64,000 nt of DNA. It comes from Thiotrichales bacterium (lineage in GTDB: Bacteria; Pseudomonadota; Gammaproteobacteria; Francisellales; CACEW01). Shown here piece by piece: positions 1 through 8,772 of this stretch. The notes beneath the pieces are model-generated. The model ran no database searches. It saw only the letters and a program-made list of their open reading frames with translations, and was not told the DNA's origin. The DNA lies in the NCBI GenBank assembly GCA_947478525.1, contig CANJVU010000011.1:3453-67452 (forward strand), read 5' to 3'. The position numbers were made by a program, and so were the translations under genes. Numbering within the stretch: the stretch's first letter is position 1; each line of letters begins with the position of its first letter.

Positions 1-29
1 TTGCTTATTTCGTTTGTTTCGATTATAAT
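1..29 (+). promoter_or_regulatory. candidate sigma70 promoter for the HTH gene
   Basis: TTGCTT at 1-6, a 17-nt spacer, then a perfect TATAAT at 24-29. A GAGAGGA Shine-Dalgarno sits at 56-62, 7 nt before the ATG at 70. Confidence 0.4.
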
Positions 30-69
30 GACAATACTAAATGATAATGCCAAGTGAGAGGATTTGAAT

Positions 70-522
70 ATGGCCCATGCAGATTATGTTTCTAATAGCA
101 CCCCTCCAACCCATCATGATGCGGTGCTTGCGCAGCATTCTTATGAGGCATTGAGTCAAAATCTCAAAAGTGGTACGCGCTTCAAAATATACCAGGGTAA
201 AAAAACGGATATTGAAATCCCAGAAGCTGCTGCACGTTTATTGGTAGATATTTTAGCTCAAATGGCAGGCGGTCATGCCGTTGCTGTAACTACTGTTGAA
301 AAAGAATTAACCACACAACAAGCAGCGGATTTATTAAATGTTTCACGCCCCTATTTAGTCAAACTACTGGAAACCAATCAAATTCCACACCGTAAGGTCG
401 GCAGCAAACGCCGCGTGCTTGCGCAAGATGTATTGGCGTTTAAAGAAAAACAAACCAAGCAACGCTTAAAAACACTGGCTGCCTTGTCCAAACAAGCTCA
501 AGAATTGGATATGGGTTATTGA
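70..522 (+). CDS. excisionase/MerR-type helix-turn-helix DNA-binding protein (antitoxin-like)
   Basis: The motif TTQQAADLLNVSRPYLVKLLETNQIPHRKVGSKRRV is typical of the HTH_17 excisionase family. I prefer the ATG at 70 over the TTG at 64 because of RBS spacing. Confidence 0.7.
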   Translation: MAHADYVSNSTPPTHHDAVLAQHSYEALSQNLKSGTRFKIYQGKKTDIEIPEAAARLLVDILAQMAGGHAVAVTTVEKELTTQQAADLLNVSRPYLVKLLETNQIPHRKVGSKRRVLAQDVLAFKEKQTKQRLKTLAALSKQAQELDMGY

Positions 523-545
523 GATGAACCCACAGGATTCCCACC

Positions 546-1625
546 ATGCAAATCTCCCATTTTGAAACCCATCTCTTAAAAATCCCGCTCAATAAACTCA
601 TGAAAACGCGTTATTTGACGTTGGAATATTCATATTGTTTGTTGCTGATTCTCAAAACTGCAGAGGGTGTTGAAGGCCAAGGATTAATTCGCTCCGCAGC
701 ATTGACAGACACTCAAATGGTGGAACGTTATATTCACACTACATCTGGCCCAATGCTGTTGAAACAACCAACCACTGAACCAGAAACAATTTGGAATACG
801 TTGTGGCTTGCCAAACGCACACATGTGCAAGCAGGTTTTGGGTTATACGCACTGTCGGCAATCGATATGGCCATCTGGGATATTTTCGCCAAACAACAGC
901 ATAAACCACTGCATCAATTGTTACACCAAAACCCTACCGCGCCTGCCGTTTATGGTAATGGCGCATGGTTGTCTGATACTTATAAGGAAATGGCCACAGC
1001 AGTGGAATGGTACTTCGAGCGAGGCTGCCATCATTTTAAAATGCGCATCGGCGGCGATGATGACTTCGGTCGCATTCGTTTCTTACGCCAAACTTTTGGC
1101 GACACGCTGATTTTATCTGCCGATGCCAATCAATATTATGATTTTGCTACGGCCTGCGAAGTTAGCAAGATGTTGGCGGATTTCAATATCGCCTGGTTTG
1201 AGGAACCGTTATTTAGCAGCAGCCTCACCGAACTGGCACAATTGGCCAAGCTCAGCCCCGTACCCATCGCCACCGGTGAAAACATGAATAGCCATTGGCA
1301 GATTCAAGATGCATGTGCGTTGGGCGTAGCCACCATTTTCCAACCGGACGTGATTTTCCAAGGCGGCATCACTGAATTCAAACGCTCTGCCACCTGCATT
1401 CAAGCCCATGAATGTGCAATGGGTACCCATCTGTTTCATGAGCTCTCCGTTAGCCTGGCTGGTTTATGCGATCAAAGTTACGTTGAACACCTCGACTTCT
1501 TCCCCAGCGATTTGTTTGAACATCCATTTGAAATTAAAACTGGGAAAATTGCACTAGTCGACGCACCGGGGCATGGCGCAACGGTAACTAAAATGGCGAT
1601 TCAAAAATATTACATACCGCGGTGA
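546..1625 (+). CDS. enolase-superfamily enzyme (mandelate racemase / muconate lactonizing enzyme family)
   Basis: 359 aa. Metal-ligand and barrel motifs are present: SADANQ, WFEEPL, ATGENM and FQPD. Confidence 0.85.
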   Translation: MQISHFETHLLKIPLNKLMKTRYLTLEYSYCLLLILKTAEGVEGQGLIRSAALTDTQMVERYIHTTSGPMLLKQPTTEPETIWNTLWLAKRTHVQAGFGLYALSAIDMAIWDIFAKQQHKPLHQLLHQNPTAPAVYGNGAWLSDTYKEMATAVEWYFERGCHHFKMRIGGDDDFGRIRFLRQTFGDTLILSADANQYYDFATACEVSKMLADFNIAWFEEPLFSSSLTELAQLAKLSPVPIATGENMNSHWQIQDACALGVATIFQPDVIFQGGITEFKRSATCIQAHECAMGTHLFHELSVSLAGLCDQSYVEHLDFFPSDLFEHPFEIKTGKIALVDAPGHGATVTKMAIQKYYIPR

Positions 1626-1969
1626 TTGATGACTGGCTAAGCTCTAAGACTGGACATTGGGGTGCGCGGTTACAAAAAATGTGTGAAATAGAAGACCTGA
1701 CGCTCTATGCGCAGACAGAAACGCAGTACCATCAAGCGCTTAAAAATACCGGATTTACCGATATCCAAACCCGTTCTGAAAATGCACATTATGCAGCATA
1801 TAATCAAGTCATTGTGGACCGTCTGCGTGAGCCGCACCTTGCGAATGATTTTCAAAAACGCTTTGGGCAAAAAGCGTGGCAAGACGCAGTAGAAGGCTAT
1901 CAGTTGATTGCCGATTCTATTCGAGACAATGAGTTATTGATTCGCTGGTTTAAAGCGCTTAAACCGTAG
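1622..1969 (+). pseudogene. 5'-truncated paralog of the adjacent SAM methyltransferase (C-terminal half only)
   Basis: The 115-aa ORF aligns with the C-terminal ~115 aa of the convergent 264-aa methyltransferase (DW..., QYxxALxxxGF, ...KP end). It lacks the Rossmann/SAM-binding half. It starts at a GTG that overlaps the stop of the upstream gene. Confidence 0.5.
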
Positions 1970-2753
1970 GCTTTTGGGCATGGATCAAATAGGTTTGCAT
2001 CTCTCCACTTTCAAAAATTTTTACCTGCAACTGCCAACTGTTCAGATAAGCCTGATAGGTTGCTACGCCTAACTTCTGAATCAAAGTGGCTTTTGCGGTT
2101 CCAGTTAAAAACGCCACATCATCTTGTGCATACTTCAGATGATACGAGCTGTTATCAACACAACGTTGGATTTTAAAACCCACCTGACCCAAGGCATTTT
2201 GATATTGCTGCAGCGTGCAAAAATGAAAGGTCAATCCATCCGCCTGCGCAAAAGACTGCATTTGCGGCGTATAGTCTATTGAGCGATGCATCCAATCCAG
2301 AGTAACTAAAAGACCGCCAGGCTTTAACACTCGAGCGCATTCTTTAAAAAAGCTGGATTTATCCGCCACATGTAGCCAACTTTCTTTGCCATAGACAATA
2401 TCAAACTGCTGGTCTTCAAACGGTAACTGGCCTTCTGGTTCACTCACCAACCATTCACTACGATCGGCAAACCCTTGCTCAAGGGCATGGCGCTTGGCAA
2501 TGGTAATTAAATCAGCATCTACATCCACACCAGTCACCTGCAAAGTAGGCTCCAATTTCGCCACAGCCAACGTCGGCGCACCCACGCCACAGCCAATGTC
2601 TAGCAAGCGTTTATGTTTCAAATCTAAGCCTGTTAACATACGCTGCGCCGCTTCCTCCCCGCCTTGGGATAAAAACCCAATGCCATAAACGGTTTCGATC
2701 ACCTCCACCACATCTGAAGTGTATTCTTTTTTGAATGGCGTTTTATCTGTCAT
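1959..2753 (-). CDS. class I SAM-dependent methyltransferase (phosphoethanolamine N-methyltransferase-like)
   Basis: SAM motif I LLDIGCGVGAPT, plus VLKPGG. Overall organisation resembles phospholipid/phosphoethanolamine N-methyltransferases. Confidence 0.8.
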   Translation of the reverse strand: MTDKTPFKKEYTSDVVEVIETVYGIGFLSQGGEEAAQRMLTGLDLKHKRLLDIGCGVGAPTLAVAKLEPTLQVTGVDVDADLITIAKRHALEQGFADRSEWLVSEPEGQLPFEDQQFDIVYGKESWLHVADKSSFFKECARVLKPGGLLVTLDWMHRSIDYTPQMQSFAQADGLTFHFCTLQQYQNALGQVGFKIQRCVDNSSYHLKYAQDDVAFLTGTAKATLIQKLGVATYQAYLNSWQLQVKIFESGEMQTYLIHAQKPTV

Positions 2754-2947
2754 GGGTGCTCCAGTGCATCAAACACTTCCTTGGCGGTATTCAACGCATT
2801 AATGGTGGCTGGAAAGCCCACATAAATAATCAAATGCTGAATCAGTGCCAGAATTTCTGCTTTGGCCATACCGGCTTTCAACGCCGCTTTAATATGTACT
2901 GCCAGCTGCGGCTTAGTGTCTTTTTGCGTGATCAAACTGCTCAACAC
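2750..2947 (-). pseudogene. carboxymuconolactone decarboxylase (AhpD-like) family fragment, C-terminal half
   Basis: The 65-aa ORF starts at GTG and carries AALKAGMAKAEILALIQHLIIYVGFPATINAL, which is typical of the CMD C-terminus. An in-frame stop lies only 12 codons upstream, so the N-terminal half is missing. The ORF overlaps the methyltransferase start by 4 nt. Confidence 0.5.
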
Positions 2948-3079
2948 GATGATTTCTTGAAAAATTGAATTGCCTTGTGTAGGTCAGATACTCCCAAAAC
3001 AATATGATCTAACAATAATGCCGACATAGAAACCAGATTCCTGCTTTAGAAAATAGCTCGATTGTTACTTATTGCAAAG

Positions 3080-3586
3080 CTATATCTTAAACTCAAACTT
3101 CGCTTCTGTTACCACCCCAATGATTTTATCTTGGTAGGTAAACGGCAACGGATCTGCGCGATCATCGTTGGTTTGCAGCTCAACGTCATCGTCTTCCACC
3201 ACATATTTGCGCAGCAGGATTTTTTTCAGTTCATGAACATACACCAGCACAAAGCCACGGTTTCTGGGTTTCATATTGGGTTCTACCACCAATAACGTCG
3301 TGAGAGGAAACCGAGGTGCCATGTCGGTGGTGACCACTTCGGTAACAAACGCTGCAGCGCTGGCGTTGGGGGCAATGTTGACGCGCTTGCCGGAGAAATT
3401 CGCCAACAACTCTTTGTGGCGATGGGCTTGCGCAAAAGGAATCAACGGCAATTCTTTTTGTGCCGGTTGCATCGGGATTTTGCACAGGTTATATAGTGCT
3501 TCGCGTTCATGAGTAGGAATCATGGCAGAAAGATCTCCGCATTGATGATCTGTATGCTTAGGTATACCATAAAATTCTGCTTTCAT
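3080..3586 (-). CDS. hypothetical protein, co-directional with and 3 nt downstream of the pentapeptide-repeat gene
   Basis: 168-aa ORF with no competing frame. I recognise no family motif. Confidence 0.55.
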   Translation of the reverse strand: MKAEFYGIPKHTDHQCGDLSAMIPTHEREALYNLCKIPMQPAQKELPLIPFAQAHRHKELLANFSGKRVNIAPNASAAAFVTEVVTTDMAPRFPLTTLLVVEPNMKPRNRGFVLVYVHELKKILLRKYVVEDDDVELQTNDDRADPLPFTYQDKIIGVVTEAKFEFKI

Positions 3587-3589
3587 AAA

Positions 3590-4729
3590 TTAAATTTTCC
3601 TTATTGTTGGGCCTATTGGACCTACCGGGCCTATTTTGACGTCACCGCGCATTTTTCTGCTGAATGCTTCCGCTTCGCCCAGCTCCGGGTCAATCCAGAT
3701 GGCTTCCTGCTGCTGACGAGCATTAAAGTCAACATTAGCTAACACCGCACCATGAAACAGGGTTTTAAATAAATTGGCCTGGTTAAATTGACTATCCGAT
3801 AAATCTGCTTTCATAAAATTAGCGTGCACCAAATTGCAATTATTAAAAATTGTACCATGGGCTTTGGCACCAACAAATATCGCGCCTGACAATACACTTT
3901 TACTAAAATCAGAACCGCTCACCTCTGCTTCCGAAAAGATACCGCTGGTCAAATCCGCACTGGTTAGCGAGGCTTTGGTTAATTGCGCGCGATGAAAAGA
4001 AACCGCTGAAGTTTTTACTCGATCAAAGTGAGCTCCTGTTAAATTGGCTTCTTTAAAAATACAGCCTTGCAAAATGGCGTCATCAAATACCGCATCGGTT
4101 AAATTGGCTGAGGTAAAATTCAAACGGTCCAATGTCAATCCACTAAAATCAACACCACTTAAATTGCATTGGATCAAATGCGTCTCGCTCAATACCTCAA
4201 ACGGCAGAGTGGCCTGACGTAAATCACAATTACCAAAAGCGCCCAGTTGCCAGGTAACCTCTTTAAATTCCAAGTTAGCAAACCCAACGTTCATGTACTG
4301 GCAATTAATAAAGTGAGTCTTGTCAAAAATAAGGTTGGTTCTCTTACTTCCGGTGCTTTGTTCACCTTTCAGGGCACCGCCCTGCCAAGTGACGTGATCC
4401 TGTTCAACATTATTCCAGACACTACCGATAAAAACAGAGTCGATAATCTGCATGTTTTTCCAGGCACCCCCAGTCCAGAAGAAGTTGGTATCCCACTGGC
4501 TGTTTTTGATGGTCACGGCTTCAAAACGGCAGTTGGTAAAATGACAGCGGTCCACCATGCAGTGATCAAAAGTAACGTTTTTAAAAGTACAGTGTTGATA
4601 GTCGCGCTTTTTGAAAGTGATGCCAGTAAATACCTGATTCTCAATTACTTGATTACAGACAGGACCGTATTGGTTTTTCAACTCTTCTAATTCCGCCATC
4701 GCTTTTTCAAAATCCTTGCCAAGATTCAT
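3590..4729 (-). CDS. pentapeptide-repeat protein
   Basis: Long runs of A(D/N)LxX-type pentapeptides, for example ANLTDAVFDDAILQGCIFKEANLTGAHF and ADLSDSQFNQANLFKTLF. There is an N-terminal coiled segment. Confidence 0.85.
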   Translation of the reverse strand: MNLGKDFEKAMAELEELKNQYGPVCNQVIENQVFTGITFKKRDYQHCTFKNVTFDHCMVDRCHFTNCRFEAVTIKNSQWDTNFFWTGGAWKNMQIIDSVFIGSVWNNVEQDHVTWQGGALKGEQSTGSKRTNLIFDKTHFINCQYMNVGFANLEFKEVTWQLGAFGNCDLRQATLPFEVLSETHLIQCNLSGVDFSGLTLDRLNFTSANLTDAVFDDAILQGCIFKEANLTGAHFDRVKTSAVSFHRAQLTKASLTSADLTSGIFSEAEVSGSDFSKSVLSGAIFVGAKAHGTIFNNCNLVHANFMKADLSDSQFNQANLFKTLFHGAVLANVDFNARQQQEAIWIDPELGEAEAFSRKMRGDVKIGPVGPIGPTIRKI

Positions 4730-4855
4730 TACGCGCCCCTTGATTTTGAGGTCTTATTATACTCATTAATTCTTAAAAAGCAAATATTTTAATTGAAATT
4801 TTCTCGAATTTGTTTTAATATGACAAAATAAAGTCAATTAAGTTACGAGAAACTT

Positions 4856-7654
4856 ATGTCCTCCACACCACTTGCTTACATTAACCAATTGGACATTGCT
4901 CAGGTACCAGAAACCAAACCACAGCATTATCAAACACAATTAAGCTGGATGTTTGAACCTGCATCGATAGTCATTGCATCCGGTGAGTTGAAATTCGATG
5001 ACGCCAGCATTCCCACGGTTGACCTGGTCGCAGGTGATCGCTCAGTGATTATCGGCAATTTGCAAAACAATATTGATTATGATGGCACGTTAACGCTCAA
5101 GCTCAATAATGGCCAAACACTGACACAGGAAGTATCATGGGTTAATTTCAAAGGCTTAAACCGCATCACCTGGAAATTCAACATCAACAGCACCGGCCAA
5201 CTGTCCGGTAAATTATTTTGGGGCATGCCAGAGGAGTTATCGGCGCAGGTATTGAGTTTTCAATTAAGCTCCATGCAGATCGATGATAATAATCCTTTTA
5301 GTGTAGCCGCTAATAAAAATGGCATTGCCCTATCCAGCCTGAAACCCTCAACCAAACACACCATTGACTGGATGGCCAAGCTGCGCTCTGGCAACAAGCT
5401 CGACTGCATGCTGATGGCCACCACGCCCGTTGTCGTTATTGCGCCGCCACAACCAGGCCCACGTTCGCTCGGACATCAACACACCATGCAAAACGGTCAG
5501 GTCAATCAGGTGTGGAATATCCCGCAAACCACCTATCACCTGCCGCTCGGGCAAGACCAGGTCACGCATCAAGACAACGCCATGACCTTTGCGCAGACGC
5601 CGCATATCGCCCCAAACAGCCTGGTGAGCGCTGCCGGTAATGATTATGTGCAAAGCTTTAGCCGCGATCAGGTCAATGATTTACCCAGCTACGATCAAGC
5701 CATTCAAAATGCTCCCAAACAAGCGTTGAGCACCACCACCCAAAAAACGCTGACGCATGTTGGTGATAGCCAAGTTACTCATGCCGGCACTACGGTAATC
5801 AACACGCATGTGCTGCACAAACAACATAAAATCGATAGCCCCTATATCAGCAACCAGCACCAGGGCAAACGAATCGAAGTGTTGAATGGCCAAACCTATA
5901 CGCGTAACCACATCAACTACAGCCGCAACAGTAACCAAGAAGTGGCACAACACGGCATGCTCACGCAGCAATATGGCTCCTCAATGACGGACGTGCAAGA
6001 AGTAACGCAAACCATTGGCACGCAACAACTACAAGCGGGGACACAAGTACTGTCTGCACAAACCAAAGTGGTCACACGCAACACCACCATCAATGCCAAC
6101 AGCGTAAATTTTGGTACCTCTCCCACTAAAAAATGGGATCGTATCGCCGGGTGTCCGCAGATTTTTCTAGCTTATCTCACGCCAGATTACTGGTATTTTG
6201 GTAAAAAACCCCAAAGCACCCAGGGGTTTGTGGATATCGGTTATCTCTTTTGTGACTACATCAGAAGCCCAAGCGTTGAAATGGTGGAATTAGGCAACCG
6301 AAAATTGCCGTACCCCACCAGCCAGGCTGATGCTAAAACCAGTGATTGCAGCGTTGTCGCAGAAGCCCAATATCCCACACGCGCAGGTGACAAACTGCTA
6401 ACCGTTAAAACCTTGTTTCCGCCGGTGATTGTGAATTTGCGTACCGATGCCTACAAACCAGATCCCAAAGACTCCAAAAAATTGATCCCGAAAGAACCCA
6501 ACGCGCGCCAAACGCTTTCTGATAAAGAAATCGCCTATTTCACCGCGATGGGTCAAAACGCCACCATCATGATCCACGGTTTTGGCGTCACCTATGGCGC
6601 GTTTGCGAATCAGATTGCTGATATCACCCCACAACAAACCGTTGTAAACATTAATACCCCTAATCCTAAAATGGCACTCACTGTCAGTGTCAGAAGAACC
6701 GATTATCCCAGCACCATCTGTACCACCTTCGATCAACTTAAAAAACGCTATCCTGTTCTCGATAAGGCCAACCTCGTACTACCTGCATCATTAGATCCGC
6801 AAGATGACAGCTGTCTCAATGGTACCGATGCCCACGCCTGGTTGGTGCATATAGAAGACAACCTCAATCGCGCCAGCAACCAATTTGACGGCAGCGATTA
6901 CAGCAAATACCAACGCGTTATCACCGTTACTTGGTCAGGGGATGTGTTTCTCCCCAATTATATTGACTCAGAAGAAGTTGCGGATGCTGCGGGTATACAA
7001 CTGGCGCCACTGCTCAAACAGCTCATCGATGCCGGTATCAAAATCAATATCATTGCCCACAGCATGGGTAATCGAGTGCTTTTAAAAGCGCTAGAAACCC
7101 TGGCAGCGCTGGGTGGAAATTATCGTCAAAACTCCATTGACCATATTTTCATGTGGGACGCTGCGGTGCCTGATACTGCGCTGTCAAACGATCCGACAAA
7201 AGATTTAAGCGCTAAACGCAATTGCTACTTCAAAGATGCAATCCTGCCGCCGAAGAAGATTACTGTACTCTATTCCCAAAATGATGAAGTGTTAAAACAT
7301 CTCTATACATGGGCGAATGATGAATATCAGGATACAGATCAAGTTGGAAGAGTTGTCTGGAATGACGTTGCTCCAGAGTTCGCACAACCCATTCCAGAAG
7401 ATAAAGTTGTACCTGCATTGGGGTGGAGTGGACCGGATGATTCTACGATTGCTGAATTAGGCAAAAAGCTGATTCAAGCAGATTTAACCAAATGGACCAA
7501 GGGTTATTCGTTTTTAGAAAGCCACTCTTACATGCAGATACCGAATGCTGTTATTATGGAGCATGCTTATAAAACTTGGATTATTAACCAAAACTACGGC
7601 ATGCAATCATTTGGAGTTTATAATAGAGCGTTATTTGACAAAGGTATGAGCTAA
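4856..7654 (+). CDS. large multidomain protein with a C-terminal DUF900-type alpha/beta hydrolase (putative lipase/esterase) domain
   Basis: 932 aa. HGFGV lies near nt 6570. VTWSGD...NIIAHSMGNRVLL carries a GxSxG nucleophile elbow, with the Ser codon at 7061-7063. The central ~200 aa are rich in Q/T/N/H/V and look beta-strand-like. Confidence 0.8.
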   Translation: MSSTPLAYINQLDIAQVPETKPQHYQTQLSWMFEPASIVIASGELKFDDASIPTVDLVAGDRSVIIGNLQNNIDYDGTLTLKLNNGQTLTQEVSWVNFKGLNRITWKFNINSTGQLSGKLFWGMPEELSAQVLSFQLSSMQIDDNNPFSVAANKNGIALSSLKPSTKHTIDWMAKLRSGNKLDCMLMATTPVVVIAPPQPGPRSLGHQHTMQNGQVNQVWNIPQTTYHLPLGQDQVTHQDNAMTFAQTPHIAPNSLVSAAGNDYVQSFSRDQVNDLPSYDQAIQNAPKQALSTTTQKTLTHVGDSQVTHAGTTVINTHVLHKQHKIDSPYISNQHQGKRIEVLNGQTYTRNHINYSRNSNQEVAQHGMLTQQYGSSMTDVQEVTQTIGTQQLQAGTQVLSAQTKVVTRNTTINANSVNFGTSPTKKWDRIAGCPQIFLAYLTPDYWYFGKKPQSTQGFVDIGYLFCDYIRSPSVEMVELGNRKLPYPTSQADAKTSDCSVVAEAQYPTRAGDKLLTVKTLFPPVIVNLRTDAYKPDPKDSKKLIPKEPNARQTLSDKEIAYFTAMGQNATIMIHGFGVTYGAFANQIADITPQQTVVNINTPNPKMALTVSVRRTDYPSTICTTFDQLKKRYPVLDKANLVLPASLDPQDDSCLNGTDAHAWLVHIEDNLNRASNQFDGSDYSKYQRVITVTWSGDVFLPNYIDSEEVADAAGIQLAPLLKQLIDAGIKINIIAHSMGNRVLLKALETLAALGGNYRQNSIDHIFMWDAAVPDTALSNDPTKDLSAKRNCYFKDAILPPKKITVLYSQNDEVLKHLYTWANDEYQDTDQVGRVVWNDVAPEFAQPIPEDKVVPALGWSGPDDSTIAELGKKLIQADLTKWTKGYSFLESHSYMQIPNAVIMEHAYKTWIINQNYGMQSFGVYNRALFDKGMS

Positions 7655-7656
7655 CC

Positions 7657-8772
7657 ATGCGTAAGCATTTTAAAAAAATCATAGCTGGCACTGTGCTATT
7701 AATTGTTATTTTTATCACCGCCGTGATCTCTTTGTATCAACACTTTTTTGATGCTGGTGTTGTGGATATGCTGAGCATTTCTAGTGATGGAAAATACGTC
7801 ATTAGCACCGATGAAAAAGAATGGGCAGTATTATGGAATTTGCAAACCCATACCAAAAAAGTTCTTGATAAGCATGCGCATATCTTTAGTGCTTATTTTA
7901 TCCCGAACACCGATGAATTTTTATGGCAGAGCCAAGACAAAACCATTCATATTGAAAATGTGGATGGCCAAATCATCAAAGAATTCAAGTTACCTTTTTA
8001 CATTTATGGCATCGCCATGCCAAAAAATTCGGAACATTTTATGGTGGGTGATATTGGTGATGGCCAATATTATTGTCATTTAACTCATTGTGTTATGATT
8101 TCAAAACCTGGCAGCTCCGACCCCAGTGTATTTTTAGCTGATCAACCTCATGTTTATTCAATTGATAACGCGAATAATCGGTATGTATTAGGTTCAAATC
8201 TGTGGGGAGTTTATTTATGGGATCTGAATACAGGCAAGATTGTTCATCATTATCAAGGAAATGTCGGCAAGACCTTTGCAACATTAAGTCCAAATGGTAA
8301 ATATGTAGTTTCTGCTGATGAAGATAGCTGGCAATTTGTTTGGGATACTGGAACTGGCCAACCCTTGGTACAAAATTTACTGGCTTGTCCTATTATTAAA
8401 GTCAATGAAGATAGTTCTGTTATTCTTGACAAAAACGTTGTACAACCTCCTGGAGATTATTCTGGCTCAGGAGATCACCCTAATTATGCTTTTCTAACTG
8501 TAAAGTTTGTTGATGATACACATTACCTACTCTTTCCAACTTATACGCCCTACGCCATCCTTTATGAAACCACTAATCCAAAACCATTAAAATACTTGCC
8601 ACTCGGCCGTCATCCAGTGCCATCCGTCAGTTATTATCAACGTGACGAAGCAATTGATACTTCTCCCAGTGCGCATATTTTGGTGACGGGTAAAGATAAT
8701 GAAGGTGGGATTCTGGTTTATCACTATGACCCGAAAAATCAGACGCTAACAAAAGTATGGGATGGTGTATAA
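7657..8772 (+). CDS. membrane-anchored WD40-like beta-propeller protein
   Basis: The ATG lies 2 nt after the stop of the hydrolase gene. The N-terminal TM segment is IIAGTVLLIVIFITAVISLY. Repeated blade motifs are SSDGKYVISTDEKEWAVLWNLQT, NRYVLGSNLWGVYLWDLNTG and SPNGKYVVSADEDSWQFVWDTGTG. Confidence 0.7.
   Translation: MRKHFKKIIAGTVLLIVIFITAVISLYQHFFDAGVVDMLSISSDGKYVISTDEKEWAVLWNLQTHTKKVLDKHAHIFSAYFIPNTDEFLWQSQDKTIHIENVDGQIIKEFKLPFYIYGIAMPKNSEHFMVGDIGDGQYYCHLTHCVMISKPGSSDPSVFLADQPHVYSIDNANNRYVLGSNLWGVYLWDLNTGKIVHHYQGNVGKTFATLSPNGKYVVSADEDSWQFVWDTGTGQPLVQNLLACPIIKVNEDSSVILDKNVVQPPGDYSGSGDHPNYAFLTVKFVDDTHYLLFPTYTPYAILYETTNPKPLKYLPLGRHPVPSVSYYQRDEAIDTSPSAHILVTGKDNEGGILVYHYDPKNQTLTKVWDGV

Noticed and set aside
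3590-3640. A collagen-like GPVGPIGPT triplet run at the C-terminus of the pentapeptide protein.
   Set aside because: Three G-x-y triplets are too few to call a collagen-like domain.
4247-4690. A 147-aa plus-strand ORF inside the pentapeptide-repeat gene.
   Set aside because: It is a shadow ORF. The minus-strand frame shows the unmistakable pentapeptide periodicity.
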